A stretch of DNA of 64,000 nt from Chiloscyllium plagiosum. Taxonomy: Eukaryota. Of the stretch, positions 28,930 to 42,240 are shown piece by piece; position 1 is the stretch's first letter, and each line of letters starts with the position of its first letter. The notes beneath the pieces were generated by a model that did not search any database, was not told the DNA's origin, and saw only the letters and a list, made by a program, of their open reading frames with translations. The position numbers and the translations under genes are program-made. The DNA lies in the NCBI RefSeq assembly GCF_004010195.1, contig NC_057718.1:71943271-72007270 (forward strand), in the 5' to 3' direction.

Positions 28930-31240
28930 GCCCCCAAAATAGCAACAAGAGACACGGAGGAGCAAATAGTTTGGCTGGAGCGGTTTTTGTCAGTTGTGTC
29001 CAAGAAGGGTTCCTGACTCAATATGTAGATAGGCCTAGAGGGAAGGCCATATTGGATTGGGTGATTGGCAACAAACCATGCTCAGTGGGAGAGCATTTCG
29101 ATGGGACAGCAACTTCCTGACCTTAACTATACTGTTGGAGACTGATAGGAGCAGACAGTATGGGAAAGTATTTAACTGGGGGAAGGAGCATTACAGCCCT
29201 ATTAGGCAGGGATTGGGGCTCCTAAATTGGGAACAGATATTCTCAGGGAAATGCACAACAGAAATCTGGAGACTGTTTAGGGAGCACTTGCTGATAATGC
29301 TGGACAGGTTTGTCCCATTGAGACAAGGAAGAGATGGCAGGTTGAAAGAACCGTGGGTGACAAGGGATATGGAACATCTAGTCAAGTGGAAGGAAGCTTA
29401 CTTAAGGTTGAAGAGGGAAGGATCAGACAGGGTTCTAGAGGGTTACAAGGAAAGAACCGAAGAGTGGACTTCAGAGTATTAGAAGGGGGTATGAGAAAGC
29501 TTTAGTGGATAGGATCAAGGAAAACCTAAAGTCATTTTACACTTACGTGAGAAACAACAGGATGGCCAGAATGACAGTATGGCCGATCAGGAATTGGGAA
29601 GGGAACTTGTGCTTGAGTAGAAGGAGGTAGAGTGGTCAGCAATGAATACTTTGCTTTTCCTGAGAGGGACCTTGACATTTTGTGACCACAGCGTGAAACA
29701 GAGTGATATGCCTGAACAGAATGATGTTAAGAAGGAGGATGTGCTGGAAATTTTGAAAAATATAAGGATAGATAAGTCCCCTGAGCCAGAGGGGATATAC
29801 CCAAGATTAATACATGATTTGGAGATGCCGGATGAATGGGCACCGCACAACAATCAACAGACAGGAGGGTTCCCTCCCAGTTGGGGAACACTTCACTGGT
29901 CCAGGACATTCAGCTCAGACTTCGGATGACCATCCTCCAAGGTGGACTTCAGGACAGGCAGCAGAGGAAAGTGGCCGAGCAGAGGCTGATAGCTAAGTTC
30001 GGTACCCATAGGGAGGGCCTCAACCGGGACCTTGGGTTCATGTCACATTACAGGTGATCACCACTGCAACACACACACATTCTCACACACTCTTGCACAC
30101 ATTCTCACACACTCTTTCACTCTCACACACATTCTCTCTCTCTCACGCACATTCTCTCTCTCTCACGCACATCCTCTCCCTCTCACACACATTCTCTCCC
30201 TCTCTCACACATTCTCTCCCTCTCACACATTCTCACACACATTCTCTCCCTCTCACACATTCTCACACACATTCTCTCCCTCTCACACATTCTCGCACAC
30301 TAGTGGGGGGCTCGATCGTAACACAGAATTTATAGCAAAAATTTGCAGTTGATTTACACATGAAAGAAGTGAAACTATCACTGTATTCTAACAGATGAAA
30401 GGCTTAACAGACAATCAATTTTTCAATGTATAATTTCAGTTACATCACACTGCAAATTTTTGCTATAAATTCTGTGTTACGATCGAGTCCTCCACTATCA
30501 CCTGATGAAGGAGCGTCACTCCGAAAGCTGGTGTGCTTCCAATTAAACCTGTTGGACTATAACCTAGTGTTGTGTGATTTTTAAGATTAATACAGGAAGC
30601 GAGGGAAGAGATTGCTGCACCTTCGGTGATGATATTGCTTCCTCACTGTCCACTGGAGTAGTTGGACGACAGCAAAAGTTATTCCCTTGTTCAAGAAAGG
30701 GAATGGGGATAATCCTGGGATCTACAGACCAATCAGTCTTACATCTGAGGATTTTGAGAGACAGGATTTACGATTACTTGGAAAATCATAGCTCAATTAG
30801 AGATAGCATAGCGTTTTGAGGGGCAGGTCATGCCTCACAAACCTTGATGAATTCTTTGAGGATATGACAAAACATGTTGATGAAGGTAGAGCAGTGGATG
30901 TGGTGTATATGGATTTCATTAAGGCATTTGGTAAGGTTCCCCATGGTAGACTCATTCAGAAAGTAAGGAGGCATAGGATACAGGGAAATCTCGTTGTCTG
31001 GATACAGAATTGGCTGACCAAAAGAAGACAGCAAGTGATAGTGGATGGAAAATATTCCGTCTGAAGCTCGGTGACCAGTGGTGTCCTGCAGCAATCTGTT
31101 CTTGGGCTTCTCCGCTTTGTGATTTTTATAAATGATTTGGATGAGGAAGTTGAAGGGTGGATTAGTAAGTTTGCTGATGACACCAAGATTGGAGGAGTGG
31201 TGGATAGTATGGAGGGCTGTCGATTGCAACAGGACATTGA
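28930..31240 (+). mobile_element. CR1 ORF2 fragment interrupted by a PLE
   Basis: RGRSCLTNL, MDFIKAFGKVPH and FINDLDE..KFADDTKI motifs. Confidence 0.88.
29815..30582 (+). mobile_element. Penelope-like insertion (GIY-YIG C-terminus, CA/CT microsatellite, internal inverted repeat, hammerhead motif at ~30499-30533)
   Basis: RKVAEQRLIAKFGTHREGLNRD. CAC-CTGATGA-A-GGAG..CTCC-GAAAGCT. 12 bp TSD AAGATTAATACA at 29803-29814 and 30583-30594. Confidence 0.88.
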
Positions 31241-31359
31241 CACCCCTTCATCACTTTCAAATATATGGCTCTCTTTTGAAACTTCCTAGGGAATCCGTCT
31301 CTACCGCTTTACCAGGCTGTGCATTCCCATTCTTGAGTAAAGAGGTTCTCCTCATCCCA

Positions 31360-33575
31360 TAGATTCATACAGTGCAGAAAATGCTCTTCAGTCCAAAGTG
31401 CCTGCACTAACTAACACTAATGATACGCTAATTCCAATTTCCTGCACTTGTCCGATATCTTTGAATAATATTTCACGTACTCCTCTAAATATTTTCTAAA
31501 GATTGTAAGGTTTCTAACCTCCACTACCTTCCCAAGCAGTGCATTCCAGACTCTCAACACCCACGGAGTGAAAAAGTTTTTCCTCCCGATTCCCTCTGGA
31601 TCTCCTGCCCCTTACCTTAAAATTACGCGCTCTTGTGATTGACCTCTCAACCAAAGGAAACAGCTGGTTTGTATTCACCCTGTCTATAGCCCTATAATCT
31701 TACACACCTTAATTACAACTCCCATCAGTCGTTTCTACTCTGAAGGAAAACAATCCAAACTTATCTAATGTGTATTTGTAGCTCAATTTCTCCATCCCAG
31801 GTAATATCCTGGTGAACCTCCTCTGCACCTCTCTAGTGCTATCACATCCTTCCTGTAGTAAGGCAACTAGAATTGCACACAATATTAGAGTTGTGGCCTG
31901 ACCAATGCTCTGTACAACTCTAACATTACCTCCCTGCTCTTATACTCGGTGCTATGACTGATGAAAGCAAGTGTCCCATATGCCTTCTTTACTATCCTAT
32001 TCACATCACTGATATATATATAACAAACAATAAGTGTCCCAGTACTGATCTTTACAGGTACATCCCTGAACACTGGTCTCCAGTTACTCAAACAGCATTC
32101 TACCACTACCTTTTGTGTCTTATTACTAAGCCAGTTCCTGATCCGTCTCACAAGTTCCTCCAATTCCATGTGCTTTACCCTTCTCAATCTCCCATGTGGA
32201 ACCTTCTCAAAAGGTTTGCTAAAATTTGTATGAACTACATTGACTGAACATCCCTCATCCACAGACTTGCTCACATTTCAAAAGCTTCTAACAAATTTGT
32301 TCTGCATGATCTCCCTCTTACAAAGCCATGCTGACCATTTCTAATTAACCCACGCTTTTCCAAGTCAGTATTAATTCTCTCCTTTAGAATTTTCTTTAAT
32401 TGTTTCCCTACCACTGATGTGAGACTGACAGGTCTGTCATTTTCTGGTTCATCTGTATCACCCTTTTGAAAGTAGAAGCACATTAGCCATCCTCCAGTCT
32501 TCTGGTACTTCCCCATGGCTACAGAGGCATTAAAAGTTTCTGTCAGAGCCCCTGTAATTTCCTGCCCTGCTTCCCACAGCAGCCTGGGATACAATTCATC
32601 CAGGCCAGGGAATCTCTGTTTTCAAGCCTGACAGAATTCCTTATAGCGCCACATTTCCTGCATAAAACTGTGCAAGTTCCTTTTCCTGAATTCCATACCT
32701 ACGTTCTCCTTTTCCAAAGTGAAGACTGAAGAGAAGCATTCATTTAATACCCTCCAATATCCTGCAGGTTCACACAAAAGTTGGCCCCTTGTCTCTATCA
32801 CTTCCCTATAATGTATTTATAACGTATCTTAGGATTCTCCTTATTCATTGTTCACAAGTCCTTTCTAATGCCGACTGTTTGCTCTTCTAATTGCTTTCTT
32901 AAGTTCCCTGCTGCACATTTTACATTTCTCTTGGGCTGCAGCTGAATTACTTCCTTTGGACTTGCTTCTCTTCTTCCTCATCACTCCTGAATCATCCCAG
33001 ACATCCAGAGTCTCTGAACTTATTGCTCCTACATTTCCCTCTGAAGAGTACATGTTGGACCTGTACACTCTCCAGCTCCTTTTTGAATACCCCCTGCTGC
33101 TCTGTTATAGACTTACCTGCAAAGAGCTGTTTTCCAGTCAGCTGTGGTCAGATCGTGCTGTATTTTAAGAAAATCTGCCTTCCCCCAGTCCAAAGCTATC
33201 TTCTGCAAGCCATTTTTTTCCTTGTCCAGAACAAATTTGAACCATGCTTGAACCATATCACCTAAATGGTTCTCTGCTGCCACAAAGAACACTTGTCTGG
33301 CATTTTTCCCCTGAACCAGATCCAGCACTGCGCCATCACTTGGTGGGTCTTTATCTATTGATACAAAAACTCTCCTGGTTTTCAAGAAATTTGCCCTCTC
33401 TGGACCCTTAACACTGTGACTATTCCAAGTTATGTTGGGATTGTTGAAATCCCCCAGCATAACTATCCAATTACTATTCTTACCCACCTGTGAACTGTCT
33501 ACATATTTGCTCCTCTATTTGCTGCTAACTCTTTGGCAGCCTATAATACACTCCCAGTAAAGTAGCTGTACCCTT
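31360..33575 (-). mobile_element. Degraded CR1 ORF2; an ORF1 remnant resumes at ~34785-35050
   Basis: IVMLGDFNNPNITW, RPVSLTSVVGK and QHGFVRGRSCRTNL motifs. ORF 34772-35050 has the C-x2-C..HMCRTCSKLQ ORF1 motif. Confidence 0.85.
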
Positions 33576-34782
33576 AACATAGCCAGGCCCATGCGGGTGT
33601 CCAACGAAGAGGCAGACATAGCTAGGGCCTATACGAGTGTCCAACGAAGAGGCAGGCATAGCTAGGGCCCATGCCTCTTTGTTGGATAGCTATGCCTGCC
33701 TCTTCGTTGGATATGTGGAACAGTCCATCTTCCGCAGCTACACTGGCACCACCCCCCACCTTTTTCTCCGCTACATTGATGACTGTATCGGCGCTATCTC
33801 GTGCTCCCACGAGGAGGTTGAACAGTTCATTCACTTTACTAACACTTTCCACCCCGACCTCAAATTTACCTGGACTGTCTCAGACTCCTCCCTCCCCTTC
33901 CTAGACCCCTCCATCTCTATCTCAGACGACCGACTCAACACGGATGTATACTATAAACCGACTGACTCCCACAGCTACCTAGATTACACCTCTTCCCATC
34001 CTGCCCCCTGTAAAAACGCCATCCCATATTCCCAANNNNNNNNNNNNNNNNNNNNNNNNNNNNNNNNNNNNNNNNNNNNNNNNNNNNNNNNNNNNNNNNN
34101 NNNNNNNNNNNNNNNNNNNNNNNNNNNNNNNNNNNNNNNNNNNNNNNNNNNNNNNNNNNNNNNNNNNNNNNNNNNNNNNNNNNNNNNNNNNNNNNNNNNN
34201 NNNNNNNNNNNNNNNNNNNNNNNNNNNNNNNNNNNNNNNNNNNNNNNNNNNNNNNNNNNNNNNNNNNNNNNNNNNNNNNNNNNNNNNNNNNNNNNNNNNN
34301 NNNNNNNNNNNNNNNNNNNNNNNNNNNNNNNNNNNNNNNNNNNNNNNNNNNTGCACCCGATGTGGCCTCCTATACATTGGGGAGACAGGCCGCCTACTTG
34401 CGGAACGTTTCAGAGAACACCTCTGGGACACCCACACCAACCAACCCAACCGCCCCGTGGCTGAACACTTTAACTCGCCCTCCCACTCTGCCAAGGACAA
34501 GCAGGTCCTTGGCCTCCTCCATCGCCAGACCATGGCAACACGACGCCTGGAGGAGGAGCGACTCATCTTAACCTCCTTCCACCTATCGCATTCCCAACTC
34601 CCCTCCCCCAAGTCCCTACCTTTTATTTTAGCCTGCTTGGCACACCCTCCTCATTCCTGAAGAAGGGCTTATGCCCGAAACGTCGATTCTCCTTCTCCTT
34701 GGATGCTGCCTGACCTGCTGCGCTTTTCCAGCAACACATTTTTAAGCTCTGATATCCAATATCTGCAGTCCTCACTTTCTCC
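33576..34782 (+). mobile_element. Penelope-like element (RT with YIDD, GIY-YIG, 3' terminus with hammerhead-like core) containing a 316-N gap (34036-34351)
   Basis: ORF 33637-34464 FLRYIDDCIG..LPFLD..TDVYYKPTD. CGLLYIGETGR follows the gap. Confidence 0.92.
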
Positions 34783-35343
34783 TACTCTTTCTGGACTGTC
34801 TATTGATCACAAATTCCCTTCTTTCCTCTAGTCCCCTAAGCTGCATCCATGTGACTACTTCTCTAAACATGCTGTCCACAAAACTCAGCTTCATAGATGC
34901 GCCAAATTCCTCAAACTCAGAGAACCCGAGCTCCAGTTTCTGCAGCTTGGAGCACGTCCTGCACATGTGATCATCTAGGAAAGTGGCAGCATCCAGGGCT
35001 CCCCACATAGGACAAGCTACATATTCTGCTCGATGGGCCTCTCTTGACATTGCTGAAATTTACAATTAATGCCTTAGAATATTCGGCTTCCTACTCTAAG
35101 GTTGTGAGAAGGTTAACTATAATTAAGTTCACACTGCTCTAAATCTGTATGATAAGAAAGGATTAAGCAGTAATTCCCAAAGACCTTCACCAATTAGGAG
35201 CCTTTCTCACCTTTTCAAGTTATGACATCAACAGGAGCTGCACTGAAGATTCTCACAGTATTCCTGCAGTTTAGAGGTTACTGTGTCCCTCCTCACCTCC
35301 AACTGATGTTGCTCCTAACTAAATGCCTGTAAGGACTAGATCC

Positions 35344-36640
35344 TGTAGTTGTATTAACAAGGTCAGCAAGGTGGACTTCACAGAATGAGTACCCTGATGG
35401 GGGCAATGAATCTGGTCCAATCAGGGAGCCCTGTCTGACAGATATAAATAGATGTCTTGCATCTGCAGAGTTTCAATCATTGGTAATGCTTGTCATTCCT
35501 CTTGAGGGGTACACTGTAAGAAATGACATGGAGCATTGATACTTCCCCAGCTATAAGTTGAGTTCTTTTCTGCTGGATTTACTTTAAATGATTTCGTATG
35601 AAAATTGATCCATTTTATTATCAATTAAACAATTGGTAATTTAAAAAAAAACAGATGTCTTCCCGCAGGAGCCTGTGCCCCACAACCTGAGCCGCCTCCG
35701 GAATTTTAATTTTGTGTCATTTAGGGATATAAAAAGGAAAGCCCTGTATAGACTGCTGCTGCACACCGTCCACCTCTTCTCCCTCATCCACCGTCCGGAC
35801 ACGCCTTGGCGTGCCCATTTGCCACCGGGCGGTGGGGATCCCCAGTGGAGGGCTGAATACGCGGGAGTCCTCCCCCTTTCTCTCGGGGATCTGGAGTGGA
35901 GGGTGCTGCATGCAGCAGTCCCCTGCAACTGCAGGTTGCGGTGGTTCACGGACTCCCAACCCAACTGCTTGTTCTGTGGCGCTGTGGAGTCCGTGGACCA
36001 TGTATATATTGGGTGTGGGCGTTTGCACTCCCTTTTTGATTTCCTGAAAAACCTTCTCCTCTGTTTTTGGCTGCACTTCAGTCCCACGCTCCTGATCTTT
36101 GGGCACCCGGTACGGAGGAAGGAGGGCACGTCTGAAGACCTTCTCGTGGGTCTGCTCCTGGGCCTGGCCAAACTGGCCATCAACAGGTCCAGGCAGCGGG
36201 CCGTGGAGGGGGTCGTTAGGACCGACTGCCTGCCCCTCTTCCGCGGTTACGTTAGGGCCCGGGTGTCCTTGGAGAAGGAGCACGCGGTGTCCACTAACAC
36301 CCTGGAGGAGTTCAGGGAGAGGTGGGTGCCGCAGGGAGTGGAGTGCATCATTTCTCCCTCCAACTCTATTTTGATTTAGTCCCTACCCTCACCTTCACTG
36401 TTTTGATCACACAGCACTGCCCTTTGATGTGAAGGGTAGTGTTTGTCACTGGCCACCCGGGTGTTTTCCTATCTTCCTGGTGGTGGAAATTGAATAAAGA
36501 AAAAAAAAATAAACAGATGTCAGAGGTTTTGTTCAAATTGAGAGCTGGCTCCGAGAAAGTTGGATCAGTGTCAAGGACATTCCATGTAAAAATAAAAGGT
36601 CACTTTGTGACAGGATACTGGCCTCTGTAGAGTTATTTCA
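35344..36640 (+). mobile_element. Solo Gypsy-type LTR (TG...CA) interrupted by two retroinsertions just downstream of its TATA box
   Basis: TGTAGTT...TTATTTCA, CCAAT at 35417, TATAAA at 35443, AATAAA at ~36591. Homologous to the LTR at 50169-52447. Confidence 0.85.
35660..36510 (+). mobile_element. 5'-truncated Tx1-clade LINE (ORF2 C-terminal zinc-binding region, 3'UTR, poly(A))
   Basis: Open ORF 35675-36379 with DLEWRVLH..CLFCGAVESVDHVYIGC..LLLGLAKLAI. AATAAA plus A-tail. TSD AAACAGATGTC at 35649-35659 and 36511-36521. Confidence 0.88.
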
Positions 36641-36879
36641 GGCCCAAATCTGCACTGTACTAGATTTATAGGGTTACTGATTACTGTCTCCCTCCCTGGC
36701 TCCCGACTGTTGCTGCTCCAAGCTAAATGGCCTGTAAAGATCTAGCAGTCTTACTGACAATCTTGAAATTTGGACCCTAGTTACTGAGATACCATCTAAT
36801 GGAAACAGAATATTTTTCTCTCCAAAGTCAACATCTGAAAACAAAGGTTCTCTACTGACTAATCCTGCCAGACAACAGT

Positions 36880-37070
36880 GATTCCTGGCCATCAAAATCG
36901 GCGGACAGCCCTGGACACAATATACCATTTCACATATTTTGGGAGCTGCTTCTCAGTAAAAGTAGATGTTGACAATGCAATCCAACATCACCGCCAATTC
37001 GCCAGTATAGCTTTTAGACAGCCTGAACAAGGAGTCTTCAAAGTCCGAGACCTTAACAATACTGGAGGTT
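36880..37070 (+). mobile_element. Old RTE LINE fragment
   Basis: HFTYFGSCFSVKVDVDNAIQHHRQFASIAF resembles the RTE RT C-terminus. Confidence 0.6.
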
Positions 37071-37657
37071 AAATTTGGTCAGAGGAATTGTCTTAGCCTT
37101 AATACAGCATGCAGGTGAAAGTCCAGACTCTGTTAGATTGTCAAAAAACAAAGAAAACATGACTTGATTGATCTATTTCTCCCCCTGTAATCTACTTTGT
37201 CACTGGCTCAATGTTAACTTAAGCACAATAAAAACAAGTCCAGCACATGTAGTTTGTTATTCTCACTTTGTTATTCTCACATAATCCATTTCTAATACAG
37301 AGTTCATTAGTTCTGTATAGACATTATAGTGATTAAATTTATATGAAAACACGAGTTGGTATGAAGTGCATTTGATATGACGTGTATATCAGCTAAGGGT
37401 AGGTAGCAGGCATGAGTTGGCAGTGAATTGGTATGATTTATGCTATATAAAGATGCCATTTCAGCCATCAAATCCATTCAAAAAGATCAGCCTAATCCCA
37501 CCTTGCAGCTCTTGATCCCAGTCCAAACTAAATATTATCTAGTAAGTAGTTAATTGACTATTTGTTGTTAATTAAAGAAACACTACACGGAGGGTGATTA
37601 TATCTCAAAAGCATCATTTCAGAAAGTATGCAATTTATGAATGCCTGACTTACAAAT

Positions 37658-38384
37658 TTAAAAATCAGACAACACCAGGTTATAGTCCAAAAGGTTTATT
37701 TGGAAGCACTAGCTTTCATCAGGTGGTTGTGAAGCAGACCATAAAACACAGAATTGATAGCAAAAGATTACAGTGATACTATGACACATAGAACAAATCT
37801 CAGAACTTTTTTAAGTCACATTCTCAAGATAATTTAAGGTATTATAACAAAAGGTGACACCTCAGCTCAGACAATGCCTTAAAGGTGAGAGGTTAGAGCC
37901 TGTCTGGATCCTAATCTTGAGTCAGACTGGTTCTATTTCCAAAGTAGAATTTATAAATATTACATGGATTGACTACCTGCAATGAATTGGGTGAATTTGT
38001 ACTTGCAGATGCACTCTATTTTGCTGAAAAAAATGCAGAACCTGCAAGCAGTCAATGCAGGCAGTCAATCCCGGTAATATTTGTTAATTCCACTTTGGAA
38101 ATAGAACTAGTCTGATTCAAGATTGGGATACAGACAGACTCTAACCTCACACCTTTAAGGCACTGTCTGAGCTGAGATGTCACCTTTTGATGTTCAATGT
38201 ATCATTCTTTCACTGTAATCTTTTGCTAAAAATTCTGTGTCTTATGATCCTGCTTTATAATCACCTGATGAAGAAGCAGCACTTCAAAAGCCAGTGCTTC
38301 CAAATAAACGTGTTGGACTATAACCTGGTGTTGTGCGATTTTTAAACTTTGTCCACCCAGTCCAACACTGGCTCCTCCAAATCA
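37658..38384. mobile_element. Fold-back non-coding PLE derivative
   Basis: Roughly 300 bp inverted arms. 12 bp TSD TGACTTACAAAT at 37646-37657 and 38385-38396. Degenerate hammerhead core at ~38262-38296. Confidence 0.8.
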
Positions 38385-38537
38385 TGACTTACAAATGTTG
38401 TTACATATGAATGCAAATTCATACAAAGATGTAACTTTAAAGATCTGACATACGACTATTTCCTGAACTTACAAGCGACTCCTTTTTTTTGCCTTGCATT
38501 CTAATCCGACTTGCATACAAATCACAGACTCCAGAAA

Positions 38538-39380
38538 GGAGAAGGGCTAATGCCCGAAACGTCGATTCTCCTGTTCCCTAGATGATGCCTGACCTGCTGC
38601 GCTTTTCCAGCAACACATTTCCATCTAAGATAGCTGGGCAGGTAATAGGTAGATGAAGATGGGGGCGATTTGGTAGATCAGCAGGGAGAGTGAAACAGAT
38701 AGGTGGGAAGGAAGATGACAGGTAGGACAGTTCAAGTGGGCAGTGCCAAGTTGAAGGGTTAGATCTGGGACGAGGTAGAGGGAGGGGAGATTTGGCAACT
38801 GATGAAGTCGATGTTGATGCTGTGTGGTTGAAGGGTGTCATAGCGGAAGATGAGATGTTCTTCTCGATGACTGGCGGAGCCTCCCCACACCTCATCCCAA
38901 ATTCAACTGGGCACTGCCCTCTTGACCTATCCTACCTGCACATCTCCCTTCCCACCTCTCTGCCCCACATCCGGCTCTGACCTATCACTATCACCCCCCA
39001 ATTTGCATCTACCTATCACCTTCCCAGCTACCTCCCCCCCCCTCCACCCCCACCCGCACCCCCACCCTTTATCTATTTAACTCTAAGCCCCTTTCCCCCA
39101 CATTCCTGATGAAGGGCTTACACCAAAGTGTCGACTCTCCTGAATCTAGGATGCTGTTGAGTGTGTGTTGCTGGAAGAGCACAGCAGGTCAGGCAGCATC
39201 CGAGGAGCAGGGAAATCGGCGTTTCGATTTTCTTGCTCTTCAGATGCTACCTGACCTGCTGTGCTTTTCCAGCAACACACTTTCAACTCTGCAGCATCTG
39301 CAGACCTCACTGCTCCTAGGATGCTGCCTGACCTGCCACACTTTTTGACTCTCATCTCGAACATGTGCATCCTCACTTTC
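38538..39380. mobile_element. Cluster of PLE 3'-terminus fragments in both orientations
   Basis: Repeated GAAGGGCTxxTGCCCGAAACGTCG and GATGCTGCCTGACCTGCTG modules. Confidence 0.7.
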
Positions 39381-40286
39381 TCATAGAATCCACACAGTCC
39401 GGAAGTAGGTCAGTCGGCCCATCAAATCCACACCAACTCTCCGAACAGCACCCCATCCGGACTCACCGCTCTCCCCTCCCCTAAGGGGAGGTTTAAGACT
39501 GGTATTATAAAGAAGGGACTTCTCATATGTGCAGCAGAAAGTGGGGTTCGACAGTATTGTAGAGGTAGAAGTGTGAGTCATGAGGTCAGAATAAATGAGG
39601 GAAAAAAATGAAAGGTCTTTCTTCGCTTTTTATTTTTATTTTGTTTGTGTAACCAGCACTCAAATTATATGAAGATGGAGGGCAACTTCTCAAAAACCTT
39701 GAAAATTCAATAGTAAGGATGGCCAAGGATTATCTTCCAATTTTAGAGTGTTTCTCTCCCACATTTGCTGCTATTTGATAGAACAGCAAGAGGTTAAGAA
39801 AGGCAGCATAGTTGACTGAGTGAGTTGACAGAGTAGCCTTTTGTACGGATTAAAGATGCCATTCATTCAGTCATGGGTAGACTTTTGCCAGGTACAGGTG
39901 GGGGGTGGTCTATCTGGTGGAGAGGCTGTCTGCTGAGGATCATCCATTGCCAGGTCTAGGAGATCCCCTCCATTAGATATGGGGGCAGGAAGAAAGTGGC
40001 TACAAGAGGAGAGGAGGGATCAGGAAGGTATGAGAGGTGTGGAAGGGAAGAGGAGGCTTCAAGTGGGGTGTGAGTGATGAGATTTCAGGGGGTTGGAGAA
40101 GAAGAGAGCTACAAGAGGATTATGGGGAGAGTGTTGATGTTATGTTCCCAGCTGATGGTATTACAGGACACGTCTGTTTCTAGAATTTAAAGCTAGCAGA
40201 GTACATCTTTTTGAAAACTGTTAACATGATCTGTCACTGGGATATAAGGCTACAGGATGTATTTAACAGCAGAAGAGAGGTTTTCA

Positions 40287-40582
40287 AAGTTAGGGAGAAG
40301 ATTTGTAGCTCGGGTGCTCTTGTTGTGGTTCTGTTCGCGAGCTGGGAATTTGTGTTGCAGACGTTTCGTCCCCTGTCTAGGTGACATCCTCAGTGCTTGG
40401 GAGCCTCCTGTGAAGCGCTTCTGTGGTGTTTCCTCCAGCATTTATAGTGACTTGTATCCGCTGCTTCCGGTTGTCAGTTCCAGTGGTCCGCTGCAGTGGC
40501 CGATATATTGGGTCCAGGTCGATGTGCTTGTTGATTGAATCAGTGGATGAGTGCCATGCCTCTAGGAATTCCCTGGCTGTTT
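40287..40582 (-). mobile_element. Penelope-like 3' terminal fragment (same family as 21531-22365)
   Basis: High similarity to 21531-21830. Confidence 0.88.
40356..40396 (-). ncRNA. Intact-looking minimal type I hammerhead ribozyme
   Basis: GCA-CTGAGGA-T-GTCACCT(AGAC)AGGGGAC-GAAAC-GTC^TGC: CUGANGA core, GAAA, GUC cleavage triplet, stem I GCA/UGC, palindromic ACGU stem III. Confidence 0.85.
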
Positions 40583-41077
40583 AGCTCTCGATGTTGCACT
40601 GACCTATGGAACCAATCTGAAGCCCATCTAACCTGCACTATTCCATTCTTGTCTATATGCCTATCCAATGACCATTTAAATGCCCTTAAAGTTGGCGAAT
40701 CTAATACTGTTGCAAACAGTGTGTTCCAAACCCCTACTACTCTCTAAGTAAAGAAACTACCTCTGACATCTGTCCAATATCTATCACAAGGACACTTAGT
40801 TTCTGGCCACCTGCAGAATCCATCTATCACCTATCTTGTCTAAAAGCTTGAGCGGAGTGTTCATGACATGGGTGAGGATCTTTCCTGCTGTTGTTAACAG
40901 GGAAATTCCATGACAGTTTCCGCATTCAGATCGATTGCCTCTCCTTTAGTAACAACTGCTGAGTCTCTAAAGTCTGCTGGTACATCTTCATTTATCCAGA
41001 TCATGATGAGAAGTTGATGCAATTGGTAATGAAGCAAGTTACCTCCAATTTTGTACATCTCAGCTGGTATTCCATTG

Positions 41078-41174
41078 AGAGTCAAGATTAGTGGTGCTGG
41101 AAAAGCACAGCAGTTCAGGCAGCATCCGGCTAATCTTGACTCTGAGCTCCAGCATCTGCAGTCCTCACTTTCGC
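41078..41174. mobile_element. ~97 bp inverted PLE-terminus insertion
   Basis: 14 bp TSD CTGGTATTCCATTG at 41064-41077 and 41175-41188. Inverted AGAGTCAAGATTAG/CTAATCTTGACTCT. Confidence 0.85.
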
Positions 41175-41287
41175 CTGGTATTCCATTGTGTTCAGCGGCC
41201 TTGTCATTTTTCAAGGTTTTGATGGCTTCCTTGACTTCAAGCTAATATTTTTCTTAGGGAGTAGTCAACAGGCTGTTTTGGAATATT

Positions 41288-41634
41288 ATAGAATCAGAGA
41301 ACCCCTACAGTCTGGAAACAGGCCCTCCAGCCCAACAAGTCCACAACGACCCTCTGAAGAGTAACCCACCCAGACTCATTCTCCTACTCTATTACTCTAC
41401 AATTCCCCCTGACAAATGCACCACACCCACACATCCCTGAACACTTTAGCTTGGTTAATTCATTCCAACCTGCACACCTTTAGACTGTGGGAGGAAACCG
41501 GAGAACCCAGAGGAAACCCACACAGACACGAGGGGAGAACGTGCAAACTCCACACAGACTGTCACCCAGAGGGTGGAATCAAATCGCTGGCCCCGTGAGA
41601 CAGCAGTGCTAACCACTAAGCCACTGTGCCACCC
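41288..41634 (-). mobile_element. HE1 SINE forming the 3' end of the zinc-finger insert
   Basis: Reverse-complement HE1, head at 41634, CR1-like tail ending ~41288. Confidence 0.9.
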
Positions 41635-41736
41635 TTGAGCCATCGTGGTGATGGGGTGGCAGGTGAAGACCAGCAGAAAACAAAAAAAATCCCTCCAACT
41701 CTCCCACCGCACCCACTGTCAGAACGGGCAAGAGGT

Positions 41737-42240
41737 TCAGTCTTGGGGGTGACCCACAGCAGCGTCAACGGCAGAATCCGATTGTTGGGAGCACTGGTGC
41801 CCCCGCTAGTGCCTTCACAAGTTGCAGGTCAACATGAACCTGCGCTCACATTTGAGACGGCTGAAGGGCATATCCCCGGTGTGGACCCGCCAATGGGCCA
41901 GCAGGTGGGAAGAATTGCTGAAGGCCTTCCCGCACTCAGGGTAGCGGAAGGGTCATTCGCTGGTGTGGACCCACCGGTGGGCCACGACGTGGGTCAAGTG
42001 AGTGAAGCCCTTCGTGCACTCGGAGCAGCTGAATGGCCTCACCCCAGCGTGGACCAGTTCATGCCTCAATAGGTGGGAGGAATTGCTGAAGGCCTCCCCG
42101 CACTCAGGGCAGGAGAACGGCCTCTCCCCAGTGTGACTCTGCCGATGAGTCTCCAATACAGACAGGACATGGAATCCTTTCCTGCAGTCGCCACACTTCC
42201 ATGGTTTCTCAATGTGGCGGGGTTTCTCGGGTTTCTCCAT
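41737..42240 (-). pseudogene. C2H2 zinc-finger pseudogene/retrocopy (about 5 fingers, in-frame stops)
   Basis: [98 protein letters not shown]. Confidence 0.9.

Noticed and set aside
30032..30352. His/Ser/Thr-rich ORFs
   Set aside because: Translation of a CA/CT microsatellite inside a PLE
35675..36379. 234 aa intact ORF as a host gene
   Set aside because: It is the C-terminus of a 5'-truncated Tx1 ORF2, with a non-ATG start, poly(A) and TSD
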